DNA of 64,000 nucleotides from Camelus ferus (GCF_009834535.1 NC_045696.1:77688001-77752000); one strand, 5' to 3'. Shown: positions 44,034 through 57,704, numbered from the stretch's first letter. Notes: a model not told the origin generated them from the sequence alone. Translations and numbers: made by a program.

Positions 44034-44580
44034 TGTATTAAAGAGCATGCCCACACATGGCTTCGAAAACTGAGACTGCCTGAGTCCACTTTGCGTAGCT
44101 ATCAGCACTGACAACGAAGGCCACCTGTATCAATTTAACTATTTCAAGAGATTCTTGATTGCGAAGATAAGACTGCAAGATAATAAATAACTTCACTGTT
44201 TGCTTCAAGCAACTTCTATGAACAGATATATCCAGACAAATAACTTGTTCTTCTAACAGCTCTCCTCTCCGGACAATACATTGCTTGCTTAGACAAACAG
44301 CTGGTTTATCAAGCAAGTCTTCCCATCGCTGTGTCCACCAAACAGTCCTAAACAACTCCCATGATTTTTCCCATTAGCAATTATTTTTTGAATTAAAACT
44401 CTTAGCTTAGAACTTGAGCCCAGAAACTCAGATCGTCTATAAATATTTTCCCCAGGATATTCCCTCCTGAGATACTACTAAGATTCACCCAAGATGGTAT
44501 CCTGTCTTTGTAACATTAGTATAATAAACTTTGCTTAATTAGCAGACTATTCCGGTGGTCTTTGGGGGACTTGGCAGTCA
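44034..44580 (+). mobile_element. Solo LTR, ERV1-class (MER89/MER90/MER110-like)
   Basis: TG...CA termini, TATA-like ctataaat at about 44438, ctgagatactactaag motif, and aataaa at about 44523. Confidence 0.65.
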
Positions 44581-45191
44581 GCTGTCCTAGCAATTTAGCA
44601 TTATCTAGTAAAGCTAAAGATATTCATACTTTATGTGCCAGTAATTCCATTCCTGGGTATATATGTACTAGAGAAACTCATACAAGGAGACATGAACAAA
44701 AATGTTCTTAACAGTTGTTGGAAACAACCCAAACCCAAATACCCATCAACAGTAGAGCAATACACAAACACATTTGGTGTATTTATGCAATGGAAAATTT
44801 TACAGTAATGAAAATAAACTACACCCAGCAATGAGGACGATGAACAGGGTAATCAGATGGGGAAATCTATCTTCATTACCAATCAAAATTTATGTTACTA
44901 TTCGAAAACTTAAAACCAAACTAATATATATCTTTCACGCTTATTCTTCAAAGTCAAACATATTTTGTTCTTCTGAACTAATACTGAGACTCTTTTTGAA
45001 TATGTATATGGATTTCCTACCACAGATACACATTGTCGGGTCTGTTCTCCCTCTCTTGGTTTCAAAATATGTACTTGAATTCCTTCTTGTATGTATATCT
45101 GATATCCCATATTGTTACTCTCCCTGCTTTCAAAAGACATACTTGAATCACTTTTCAAATGTATATTAGCAGCCATTTGACACTGGCTTAC

Positions 45192-45280
45192 TTTTTTTTT
45201 TTAATTGAAGCATAGCTGATGTACAGTATTATGTCACAGGTGTACAATATAGTGATTCAAAAATTTAAGGTTATACTCCA
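45192..45280 (-). mobile_element. Short L1 3' tail
   Basis: poly(T) followed by aattgaagcatagctgatgtacagtattatgtcacaggtgtacaatatagtgattc. Imperfect TSD gacactggcttactttt / gatattggctgactttt. Confidence 0.75.
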
Positions 45281-46289
45281 GATATTGGCTGACTTTTGAG
45301 TAAAGTTGCTCTCCTTTGATGATTGGCAAAACTGTACCTGTAAAGTTTCGGGGTGGTGGTTATTTTAGATATATTTATGTACAGAAGGTGACTTGAAAAA
45401 CTAAGTTGTCAAGGTTTGAGATGCTGACATGCCTGGTGGTCAATCTCCTTTATTTCTATTTGCCTGTAGATCTTGAGTAGCCAAGAAAAGCATTATTTCA
45501 AATTCTGTGGTTTTATGCCCACCACATTAAACCTCCTAGAGCAAAGAAGCAAATCACAAAAACATCCTCTGAAATTCTGCTCGTAGAAAATTTTAAAAGT
45601 GGGTAAATCTAAAAAATATATTGTTCAAGGATGCATAAAGAGGAGATGAAATTATAAAGAAATACAATCAAAGGATTCTCAAAGAACTAAGCATAATGGT
45701 TCACTCTCCTAGAAAGACTGAGAAGGGACACCTAGGAAGGGACTGGCATTGTTCTATTTCCTAACCAGGATGGTGGTTATATGGGGGTTTACTTGTTGAT
45801 CATCCTCTAAGATGTACGTAGATGAATACTCTCTTTTGTGCATATATTTTACACTGAAAAAATAAAATGTAATTTTTGTTTTGTTTTATTTCTCATGGCA
45901 TGGATAGGTAACCAGTAATCTGGCATTTGAATCATGAAAAAGAAGTGTATTTCATGCTTAGCTTACTTTGTTGTGGAAATAATATGCATTTTTTTATTTT
46001 CTTAAGAAATTGAATTTATAATAATTTTTAATCTACAAAACAGCTATAAGTAGAGAGGTTTTAGCTTGGGAGGAGCTGGTTTATGTCGGGTGTGGAATCA
46101 GAATGTGTATCTGTATACTTGAAGAAGATAAATTTGAAACCGATGAGGAAGTGACCTGCTTCCTATGTCCACCTTTCAAGTGAAATAGTCAATAAGTCAT
46201 TGCTCGGGTGGATGAGAAGCCTTGCACAGAGAGAAAGCCATCCCATTATTTTCTTTTATTCCCCTGCCATACTGTATATTCCTTTTCAG

Positions 46290-46730
46290 TTATTCGTTCA
46301 ACAGATAATTAAACAGACCTGGAAATAAAGCAGGAAACTAAACAAACCTAGCCCCTGCCTTCAGGGAACAACATTCAAGTGGAGGGAAGACAAAAAATAA
46401 TCATGGCCAAACTAGAGAGGGAGGGAAAAAGAGAAAGAAAGAATTGTAAATCAGCAAAAAGTAAGGGTTTTGAAGAAAAGGCTGGGTGAGGATGATGGGG
46501 TGTTATCTTATATAAGGCACTCAGAAAAGGCCTCAGAGACAAGGTGACATTTGAATGGAGACTTGAAGGAAGGCAGGCGTGAGCCACATGGACGTTCAAG
46601 AGGAGAGTCTTCTAGACAAAGGCAGCCTTGAAGCAGGAGCAGGCCAGCTGTGTTTGAGGAATTGTTAAGAGTCCAGGGGAGCTGGAGCAGAACCAGTTAG
46701 TAAAAAGAACAGAAGTGGGAGATGAAGTCA
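46290..46730 (-). mobile_element. L2 (L2a-like)
   Basis: cccctgccttcaggga...ggcctcagagacaaggtgacatttgaatggagacttgaagga...gtgtttgaggaa...ggagatgaagtcaga. Confidence 0.8.
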
Positions 46731-47021
46731 GAAAGGGTTTGGGTTTATGTTTTTGATCAACGAGGGATAAGAACTTCCCTCCTTCTTTGCCCCACTTTCA
46801 CATGACTTCTCTGTCCCTTATGTGGGATTGAGAAAACAAGCTGCCTGTCAGAACTGTCAGCTGTGCACCTATGTGTCGATTCTCTCTCTGTTCCTACTTC
46901 AGTGTCTTTGCAATGCACTGCCAAAGCCCCTTACACATCCCTTATGTGACACTAATTAAAGCATATCACAAAATTTTTCTGGTTTTCTGTATTTCCTATT
47001 AGATATAAAATTCTGTGAGTG

Positions 47022-47059
47022 GCCCTCTTAGTGCAGTGGGCAGCACGTCAGTCTCATAA
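47022..47059 (+). pseudogene. Tailless retrocopy of the 5' half of elongator tRNA-Met(CAT)
   Basis: gccctcttagtgcagtgggcagcacgtcagtctcataa matches the 5' 38 nt of mammalian tRNA-Met (GCCCTCTTAGCGCAG.GGGCAGCGCGTCAGTCTCATAA) with CpG-decay changes and ends just after the CAT anticodon. It is flanked by the 14-bp direct repeat ataaaattctgtga (47005-47018, 47056-47069). Confidence 0.88.
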
Positions 47060-48214
47060 AATTCTGTGAAAGACAAAACCACATACATATATATACCCAC
47101 ACACATAAACACATATCTTACTGAACAGTGCATTCTCATTAATTAGAGCATAGTGTGCATACACACTTATTAAACATTGAAAGCATGAGAGGATGAATAT
47201 ATTCTTCAAATGAATAGTGGGTAAGATATTTAATACTATTATGAATAGAGAAAAAACTCCCATTTGCTGGAGCTATTTATGAAAAAAACATTGAAAAGGG
47301 AAATGATGATGCTCTCCGGCAATTTGAACAAACTGTGTGTGGTCTATGCATATCTCACTAAGTTACACAGTCTCTCTGAAACTCAGACTCCTTCTCTGCA
47401 CAATGAGAATAATATTTACTGCATAGTGAGTGAAGAAGAGAAGAACAAGCAGCCTATCTACTCTACAAGCTTATTATAAGAATAAAATAAGAGCACAGGT
47501 ATAACGACCAAATAATAGTCCTGTTCTCATTTGAATTTTTAACATCAGGGGGATAAAGCAACCCTGAATAGTTGCATTTCTTAACAATTGAGTGCTGATG
47601 AATTAATATAATTGACATTTTCTCTCATGCTTTTATCATTTTTCCACATCATTTGTGGTCTGTCACTTTTTTTTTTTACAATAATTTATGAATTGTTTTT
47701 ATTGTACATCTATGAGTAATCTACATGAAAAATGATTCTTCCTAGCTAACCAAAAGAAATATCACCTAGAGAGGTTCAATAAAGCCCATATTGTTACAGA
47801 AAAGTGATAACTTTCTTTCCTTGTTTAAAATGCTTTTATTATATCCCCAAGTCACCTGATATAAAAGTTACATTTTTTTTCTATTCTGAAATAACCCTGC
47901 TTTCTAAGATTCTCATCAATTTCTTGTTCATGCATTTATTACTTGGTCTCATGTTCCCATCATTTAGTGTATTCATTTTGGCATATCCATCTGCCTTCAT
48001 ACCCTCCTCTCACTGTGATATCACTAGTCTGGATTAGCCGAAATTATTAATCAAAACAGATATGATGAACCATACTTACTTGATATTCCTTAGTCTCATT
48101 CTCCCAAACCAGGGATTTTTAAAATATCCACTGTGAGCCTGAGATAATATTCCTACTCAAGCTCTTAAATGATGAGGACTTAACAATACCCAAGAAGTAA
48201 AATATTATTTTAAA

Positions 48215-49548
48215 AAGCTGCATGGAAATCAATGAAGTTAGAACACTCCCTCACACCATATGCAAAGGTAAACTCAAAATGGCTTAAAGACAAACATAAG
48301 GCAAGACACTATGAACCTCTTAGAAGAGAACCTAGGCAAAACATTATCTGACATAAATTTCAGCAATGTTCTCCTAAGGTGATCTACCCAAGCAACAGAA
48401 ATACAAGGAAAAATAAACCAATGGGACCTAATTAAACTTGGAAGCTTTTGCACAGCAAAGGAAACCAGAGGCAAAACAAAAAGACAACCTACAGGAATGG
48501 GAGAAAATATTTGCAAAAGATGAGACTGACAAGGGCTTAATTTCCAGAATATATAAATAGCTCATACAACTTAATAATAAAAAAGCAAACAACTCAGTCA
48601 ATCCAAAAATGGGCAGAAGACCTAAACAAGTTAATTCTCCAATGAAGACATACAAATGGCCAATAGGCACATGAAAAAATGCTCAGTATCACTAATTATC
48701 AGAGAAATGCAAATCAAAACTACAATGAGGTATCACCTCACACCAGTCAGAATGGCCATCATTCAAAAGTCCATGAACAATAAGTGCTGGAGAGGGTACA
48801 AAGAAAAGGGAACCCTCCTACACTGCTGGTGGGGATGCAGTTTGGTGTAGCTTTCATGGAAAACAGGAGATTCTTCAAAAGACTAAAAATAGACTTACTA
48901 TATAATCCAGCAATCCCACTCCTGGGTATATATCCAGAGGGAACCTTAATTCAAAAGGATACATGCACCCGAATGTTCATAGCAGCACTATTTACAATAG
49001 CCAAGACATGGAAACAACCAAAATGTCCATAGACAGATGACTAGATAAAGAAGCTGTGGTGTATTTATATAATGGAATACTACTCAGCCATAAAAAGAAA
49101 ATAATGTCATTTGCAGCAACATAGACGGAACTGGAGATTGTCATTCTAAGTAAAATAAGTTGAAAAGATGAAGGAAAATACCATATAATATCACTTACAT
49201 GTGGAATCTGTAAAAACAAACAAACAAACTTATTTACAAAACAGTAACAGACACAGACATAGAAAACAGATTTCTGGTTACCAGTGGGAGAAGGGAGTGG
49301 GAAGGGATAAATTGAGAGTTCGAGATTTCCAGATACTAACTTATATATATAAAATAGATAAACAATAAATTCATACACTATAGCACAGGGAACTATATTC
49401 AATATCTTATAGTAAATTATGGTGAAAAAGAATATGAAAATGAATATATGTATGTTCATGTATGACTGAAGTATTATGCTGTACACCAGAAACTGACACA
49501 ACACTGTAAACTGACTATACTTCAATAAAAATATAGTATACAAAAAAA
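48215..49548 (+). mobile_element. 5'-truncated lineage-specific L1 (about 1.3 kb; ORF2 C-terminus, 3'UTR and A tail)
   Basis: ORF-track peptides [36 protein letters not shown] and YNPAIPLLGIYPE...FIAALFTIAKTWKQPKCP are L1 ORF2p C-terminal sequence, frameshifted. Confidence 0.95.
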
Positions 49549-50563
49549 TAAAGAGTAATCATGCATGGAGATAACATCTCAGTTTATCAACCATAAAATT
49601 GCCCTCCAATCTTTCTATGTTTAAAAATTGGATCACTTTTAAGAGTAACCCTTTGGGAAAAACTTCTGTGAGCAGAAGCCAGTTTGGTAATTAAGTTAGT
49701 TTGAACAGGTGAAGGAGTTAGTCCATCGGTCCAAACGTTTGGGAGAGAACCTCCAAGCAGGGCTTAATTCCTATACCTGTGACTCCCAACTCACACTGCA
49801 TTAGTGCAAACGTGATGGTCTATGCTGTAGCTGAAGTAGAGGGTAAGATATCTACTAATGAACAGATCTTAAGAGAAAGAGATTCTAGTTATTTAATCAA
49901 ACAATTAACAAGTCATTACTATGACTGATTAGTGAAAGTCACTATGTTAGGTGTTTTAGTACACTCAAAGATAGTGATTAATTGCACTTCAGAAATTGTG
50001 GCCTATTAGAGAAAATAAGGTACATACATGAACAACTGTAACTTATTACAAAGCTGCCTACATGTTAGAGATCAACACAGTGAATATTTCCAGTTAGGGG
50101 TTTTGTTTTGATGGACTCTTTAGAAAAATAACTGAATGCCTGGATTCCCATTCTTGTTAAACTTCCCCAAATAATATATTTTTATTAATTTGTTTAGGTT
50201 TCTTGAAAATAGTTACATATTTTATTTTGAAAGTAAAGTACGTTGAATGTAATTGTAAAAATAGCTGTATACAAAATAGCTCATGCACTCAGATTCCAAA
50301 GCTGGTACCTGGAGAAGCTGCAATTCATTTTGCCAATTGCGAGTATACAGCCATCTCGTGGCAACTTTTAAAATTTTAGACACAAAGTCCGTAGGCAGAG
50401 TCACCACATTTCCAAACACAACTGGAGACAGACTGCTTGATTACATAATTAACTCACTGAAATCAGGAAAATCTCCTGCAAGTGGCAGCTGGATTGTCCC
50501 TGGGGGGCTCTGAAGGACTTGAATAAAATGAATGTGAGCCATTTCGTTACGAGTATCTGATTC

Positions 50564-50803
50564 GTTTCCTCCAGATACACGCCTAGGAGTGGGATCACTG
50601 GATTGTAGGGTAAATCTGTTTTCAGTTTTTAAAGGAATCACCATACTGTTCTCCATATTGTCTGCACCAAACTACATTCCTACCAACAGTGTAGGAGGGT
50701 TCCCTTTTCTCCACACCCTATGTGTATAAATGAATCACTACGCTGTCATCAGAAATTAACACAACATCGCCAATTGACTACACTTCAATTAAAAAAAAAA
50801 AAA
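50564..50803 (+). mobile_element. L1 insertion with 5' inversion (twin priming)
   Basis: An inverted ORF2-end segment (about 50564-50718) is joined to a sense 3' tail (50719-50790) and poly(A). TSD gagtatctga(t/g)tc (50551-50563, 50804-50816). Confidence 0.85.
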
Positions 50804-52507
50804 GAGTATCTGAGTCTTCTATCTGGGTCTTTGCTGAGGAAGTAAATGGGTAAGGAGAGGTGAAAAGAAATCAGAGTCCATCTTTCCCTTTCCTTGCTGT
50901 GGGACTTAGTTACTTGGATGACATCAAGTTCTCTATGGCACATAAACTGGGTAGCATTTAGGAGTTGTAACTAATATTTTGTTAATAAATATCTTATATT
51001 TAGATCACAATTCTCATGATTTGTGGTAATAATGAATTATACACTACTTATACAAATGCTTTGTTCCTTCACATATTTCAAAATTAAAGAAATATTTGCC
51101 ATGTGTTCTGAAGTTGTCTGTTACACCTTACCATCTTCTCAATGTCACACTTTATTCCAATGTCACACATTTCTCTTACACCCCTTTCCTCTATACTTTA
51201 TGTATTAAACTTGCTGGTAATACAACCTAAACAAATAACAATTAATGTATTATCTCTACAGGTTCATAAATATGCATCTCTAATAGTTCAATCCCTAAGT
51301 CAATAAAACACATCACTATTATTTCAAGCACTGAATAAAAATGTATATTTAAGCACTGAATTGAATGTCAGTATCTTTGATCTAGCCTACATATGACAAG
51401 AAGAAATTTTAGGCTTTAGAGAAGCTCTTATAAACTACTGCTAAAAAAGAAATTCTAGAGTTATAATATTCTGTAGACTGATCACTGATAGCCATGCCAT
51501 ATATGAAACACAGACACCTCTTAGACTAAGACATGAGAAATTAAACTGGGGAATGAATAAATGCCGACAGCCACAATGAAGGATACCTAGAGTGCACAAT
51601 GTCTCAGTATTTGTATGCTTATTTTACTTCACTGGCAGTCATGGAGTATTGGTTGAAATACGGATCAATGTTGAAATGGAGAAATAATGATGAGTCTAAA
51701 TGAATTATTTACCACTTGTTTAGTAAACAAAATCTTCTAAACATAAAGTTCTTGGGTAAGCAATCTAATGAAACAGAAATATCCTGCTATACACAGAGGC
51801 ATACATTCAGATGTTTTTAACACTGACAAGAGTATCAGCCCTTTAAAGGCAGGAAAAAACAGAATCTTAAAATAGTTTATTTTTTACAGTGCCTCATATT
51901 TTGAATGTGTTACCATCCAAAAAGTTATTTTTTTAGTTACTTCAATTAGTGCATAGGCTTACAGAGCTCCTTATGGGGCGGTAAGGCTTCTTAAATCAGT
52001 GATTCCTTGAAATTTCTAAGGGTCAGTCACTTCCTTAAAAGCAGAGGGTTATAACTGATGAGTAATTTAGATCCATGTTGGCTAATAGACTTCTCTCATA
52101 TGTCAAATCCAATCAACTCACAGTAGCTGTGTAAGGTGGTATAGTAAGAATGACCCTGAGTTTCAGTGTAAATATGGTGATTACCATTGGATGTCCACCA
52201 AGGGGACAGGAAAAGGGATTTGCTTCATGAATACAGTGAGTTTTCTACCTTCTGACAACCATTTATGCTTCATAAGATGCAATGAAACTGGGAATAAATG
52301 CAGTAAACAAACTTATTTTATGAATACTTCCCATTGGTATTTCACTCAGTTTTTCCATCTCCTGTTCCCTTTCAGGTGGATAATGACTACACATACCAGA
52401 GTACATAGCAACCTGTTAACAGACATGCTCCCATTGCTTAGCATTGGTTTTGTCTTTTCAAAAATACTGATTCTTACTCATTTGTAGCCAAAAAATTGTT
52501 ATAATTG

Positions 52508-53115
52508 GTAGCAGATTTGGTGGTTGTCTCTCAAACACTGTTACTCTACAATTCAGACTATTTTGCAGCAGTCAATGGGATTGACTCCAGTTCGAAGGGT
52601 AAGAATGATTGTTCTAAGCTAATCAGGGCAACTTGAATCTTTTTCCTTGGTGATTGGTTAATATAAACCAGGTCTAATCCAATCAGCACAGGTGTCACCC
52701 TATTCACAAAGAATGATTCCAAATAAGCGTAAGACCAATTCAGAATAATCAGATGGGGGTCTTTTTTTTTTTTTCCCCTATTTTTTCTTCTGGGGCTTTC
52801 CAGAAATCGATATATTTGCTATCTTGAGAAAGTCATTAGAAAAGAGATCCTCTTCTGTTTTGAAAGAATTATGTACAGATTCCAGAAAATGCTGTCAGCA
52901 TTTCTGTACCATGAGGAAATTCTACTGCTAAAAAGTCCAACAGAGGGAAGGGCAGAACTGAGAGGATAATAGATAAGTGGACCTGTGTTTGAGCCCCTCC
53001 AGAAGCATGCCTCTTTCAGACTTTACAGTTGCATGAGAAAAATAGAATTCCTTTATTTTTATTAAACATTTGCACATGGGTCTTCATTAATAGCAAACAA
53101 AATCATCCTGATATA
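52508..53115 (+). mobile_element. Old MaLR LTR (MLT1K-like)
   Basis: gtgattggtt...ccaatcag, gtaccatgagg, gactttacagttgcatgag...ttcctttattttt...aatcatcctga. Confidence 0.55.
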
Positions 53116-54358
53116 TACTTTTATCAATTTTGAAGGAAATTACAGTAGATTACCCTCTCTTGTTTTCTTAAAAGTCAGTAACTATATGGATCACAACTCT
53201 TTTTTTGATGACCTGGGAACATAATTATGCTTGTTCATTATTATTTATTTTAGAATGCAGAATTATTACTATTTGAACCTCCACTACATGGCTCAAGGCC
53301 ACTGTAATTTCAAATGTAATGAAGTCCTAAACTTTGATTTTATAAAATTAAATTGACATATTAATAAATAAGCCCTAATTGAGTCAAAGTAAATACTGTT
53401 TTTCTATCACAATGCCTTTCAAACAAAACTTTGTTTGATTTCAACTTTAATTCTTGCTCAGTTACTGAAATTTAATTTAGTGTCATATAAATATTCATAT
53501 TTGTGAAATACATTCATTCTATCCTAAAATACCAACTATAAAATCTTCAAGAGAGCTAACTGAGTAATTCAAATTATGACTATAGTGTCTAGTAGACACT
53601 AAAAAAAATGGACAATTTTGAATATTTTCTATATCACACCAACAGCAGAATTTGTTGGTCCTAAGATTATTTTAAAAATACACTAGACATTCAGACTTTC
53701 CTGGAAAAGAAGGTATACATATATATGTCTGTACGTATATGTAAAAGTAAGTGTTTTCCAAGGAATAAGACTCATGAGTGATTAGCAATGAAAAACTGTA
53801 TCACTGATTAGTTAATGCCACATTGTGTGTGTGCATGTGTGTGTGTGTGTATGCGCACATGTGCACGAGGGGAACTTTTATTATAGTCACTGCTGGGGGC
53901 AGGGGATAAGGTCCCCAGGATATAGAAGTATCATGATCAAAGTTCATTATAACAGACTCCAAAAGACTGCCCAGAGTCTTCTGATTTTTTTGTGTTATAT
54001 TAGACATTTTTTTTAAACGTGGTTATTGCCTGGGGTTTTTTAATTTTGCATTATATAGAGGCTTTGTTTGAATAGTACTTTTTGAAAGGACATTTGATCT
54101 CCCTATCTAGAGCTAATCTGTTATCCATTGACTACTCTGCCTTTTGTCTCTGTGCTTCTAAGGAATTTCAAGAATTATATTATCTGATAATTGTATGAAA
54201 AGACAAAGAATCTCTTGTTTAAAGTGAGAAAAAATGCAGAAATTAACATCAAAATTCACTTTCAACTTACTTACAGATCTCTGAAATAAGGACTTTTATT
54301 TAGAGCATACAGAGTTATCACCAAAAATGCTATTCTATGAGGCTACTGCTACTTGAAT

Positions 54359-54445
54359 TTGATACAAAAACTTCCTAAAGTACACTATCTTTAAAAAATT
54401 GATACAAAACCTTTCTAAAGTACACTGACTATCTTTAAAAAATTG
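54359..54445. repeat. Tandem duplication of about 40 bp
   Basis: ttgatacaaaaacttcctaaagtacactatctttaaaaaa followed by ttgatacaaaacctttctaaagtacactgactatctttaaaaaattg. Confidence 0.9.
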
Positions 54446-56789
54446 TCATATTATTTACAGATGACCACAGAACTTCCTATTCTGATTTCTATTATTGGTA
54501 CATCTATATTCTGTAACAAACACATGTCAAAATCAGTCTTTATATATATATATAAATATATGCTCAAAGAAACAGCCTTTCTACTTATTCCTACCTTAAT
54601 ATAAAGTAGTAACTTTCTAAATATGTTATAGCAAAGTACCTACTTTGATGAATAGCTTCTCTTTAAAAACGGAGTCAAATTTTGACAAGTTTTTATTGTG
54701 TAATAATTTGCTTTTGAGTAATAAAAACAAAAAGACAAACTGATAGTATGGTATGCCTTTAGAAATTATATTTGTACAGTATAATGAAAAACAATAAACC
54801 AAACCTCTCTAGGCAAGAGAAAATACAGTTGGCACAATCTCCAATTTCAGTAAATGAAGATATTGAGTTTAATTATACATTTATGGATAAACTACACACC
54901 TATAATATTCCATTTCACAGCATAAGAGGTTAGTTCTTAATATCCTATCATCTCCCTTGAGTAGCTCCAACCGTAATTCTTTATTATGAAGTACAATCTC
55001 TGCATCTGAAATACATATTTGGGGCATTTTCTGGTTTAGTTCATGTCATGAATACATAGAGTATAGATCTCTACGGAGACATTTTGCATCTAGAAACAGT
55101 AATTTCACATAGCAGAAAAAAAAATGTCAAGGTGTTTTTAAAAATAAAAAGCTTTAAATCTACAGCTTCAGAATAACCTCAAATGTATACATAAAAATGA
55201 TTAAAGAATATCATTTTGTTTGCTTTACTTAGTAAAATACATATTCTCATATTTTATCCAAACATATCAACATCAGAGATAAACTTGGAAGATAATCAGA
55301 TTTGCTCATTCAGATTAGAAATCAGAGCCAAGTTTTCTAGGCATTTAAAAAACTGCACCAGAAATTCTATTAGCTCATGAATACAACATGCCTTTGAAAT
55401 TCAGGAAACTCAATAAAAAATATTCGGTCTCATCCCTTTCCTGTTACTTTATATAAGGCTCCTGAGCTATATTTTTAAGTCACAGCTGAGAATGACATCT
55501 CAAGAGAAATAAAATCATTCTGTATTTTAGTCTGCCTCTCTATTCTGTAGTTATGAGTAGATTCTTTTAAGTTTTCAGTTACCATGCTCTAAGAATCTTA
55601 ATAACAACTGGCAAAACATATTTAGTAGTGACATTTAAAAATAACTGTAGATTCGTATTTCACAAGTCATGTTTAAAAATATATATTAGAATATGACTCT
55701 GTTAATTAAAGTGATCCTGGTTAATCATTTCCAAATGAAGACAGCCAAATGCAATTAATATTAACTAAAATGGTTAAAAATTAGAATTATTAAAATTTTT
55801 TCATCATTGAGGACATCACCATTAGCCTTTGCTCATGACACTGCAAAACTGAGTTAAAATTTATAGTTAAAATCTGTAAGGGCAAATATAACTAAATTGA
55901 TAGACTATACACTATAAAAGAATTACTAGCCTTGATTTCTAGGCTTTACAGAAATACTGCCTTATTCTGCAATTTAATCTCACATATATATATGATAGGA
56001 ATAAATACTATATTATTTCTACTGCTTTTCTCTTTGGTATATTATAATGTCCAAATAATTTTAGTAGAAGATCTCTATTTTGACCTCATACAAGAAAAAG
56101 AAGAAATGTATATCCATTTAAGAATATGTTTAAAAACTATATTCTAATAAAAATATATTAATATTGCATATCCTATACTTATTAAAGAACCAGTGTTTCC
56201 TTAAATAAGGTGGAAAAAACAATGAAAGGGCTAATAAACTGATATTTCTGAAGGAAGCTCACAAGCAGAATTAGGTCATTTGCTGGTTTCCATGGTACCA
56301 CATGTACAAGGCTTTTTTTGGTTTACTGGATGTACCATTCATACACAGAGGTTTTAAAATATAATACAGAGCAATTAGGGTTAGAAGAAAAGTACTATTA
56401 ATTCAATAATATGAAAAATAGTACCTTTTCTGACACTCCAAATGCTCTATATTCACATTTGATTTTAAAGTCCTTTTCTTCTAAACATAGCTACAGTGTT
56501 TGTTTTGTTTAAAATACAAGTCATCATTTATCATTTATTGATGTCTATTGTGACAAAATTTTAGCAAGAAAGTGATAATACATTAAATATAAAATCATAT
56601 GAAATAAATACAGGGCATTACATCAGTTAAAAGTAGACCAAAGAAATGGGTACCAAGCTGTGTGAAGCTCTTTAAGGAAAATAGCAGAGAACTGAGGGTC
56701 AGGCATAAATGAAGAGAAAAACAACTTTAAAATTCCAAATAACTGGTTCACAAGTTACAGTGAATAAGCAGTAGATTGAGTGAATATAC

Positions 56790-57580
56790 TTTTTTTCCCA
56801 ATTAAAAAAATTGTGGTAAAACAAAAATGACATAAAATTTACCATTTTAACTACTTTTAAGTGTATAGTTCAGTGATATTAAATACATTCATATGTATAA
56901 CCATCACCACTATCCATCTCCACAGCTCTTTTCATCTTTTAAAACTGAAACTCTACACCCATTAAACAGTAACTCCCCATTCCCTTCTTCCCCTCACTCC
57001 TGGAAACCAGCATTCTGTTCTCTGTCTCTATAATCGTGACAACTCTAGGAACCTCATGTAAGCGGCACCATACAGTATTTTTCTTCTTTTGAAACTGGCT
57101 TATTTCACTTAACATAGCGTCTTCAAAGTATATCCATGTTATAGCAATGTTAGAATTTCCTATCTTACGAAGGCTGAATAATATTCTATTGTATGTACAC
57201 ACCACATTTTGCTTATCCGTTTATCTATCTATGGACACTTGGGTGGCTTCCACATTTTAGCTATTGTGAATAATGCTGTTATCAATATGGGTGTACAAAT
57301 TATCTCTTCGAGAGTTCACTTTCAATTCTGTAGGTTACATAAAGTAGAATTTGTGGATCATGAAGTAGATCCAGAAGTAGAACGGGTGGATTATGTGGTA
57401 GCTCTAGTTTTTAATTTTTTGAGAAGCTGCCATGCTGTTTCCCACAGCTGCTGTTCCACTATATATTCCTACCAGCAGTTCACAAAGGTTTCAATTTCTC
57501 CATATCCTCACCAACACATATTTTCTACTTTGTTTTGTTTTGTAGTTTGACATTAGCCATCCTAATGGGTGCAATGTGGT
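56790..57580 (-). mobile_element. L1MB-like 3' end
   Basis: ttgtggtaaaac...cataaaatttaccattttaac...aaactgaaactctacacccattaaacagtaactcccc...gccatcctaatgggtg. Confidence 0.9.
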
Positions 57581-57704
57581 GGGTGGATTTGCTTTTGAAC
57601 ATTAACTCTTTCTTACAATATTATCTTCCTGTAGATTCCATGAAACACTTTACCCTGGGTCCTTTGTCCCCTCCCATTTTGCTTTTTGTCCCGAGCATGA
57701 ATAC

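Larger units (their letters stand above)
43205..45870 (+). mobile_element. Ancient L1 (L1ME-like) ORF2 end and 3'UTR, fragmented by nested insertions
   Basis: L1 motifs at 43205-44030 (gagagcccagaaacaaacc, ctgggagaaaatatttgcaacac), 44585-44840 (attccattcctgggtatat, ggaaacaacccaaa) and 45590-45870 (gttctatttcctaacc...ggtggttatatggg). Confidence 0.7.

Noticed and set aside
48992..49543. Longest ORF in the track (183 aa, hydrophobic)
   Set aside because: It is the antisense reading of an L1 3'UTR, a common artefact.
53583..53601. Perfect hairpin tagtgtcta-g-tagacacta
   Set aside because: Arms of 9 bp are expected by chance in 64 kb of AT-rich DNA.
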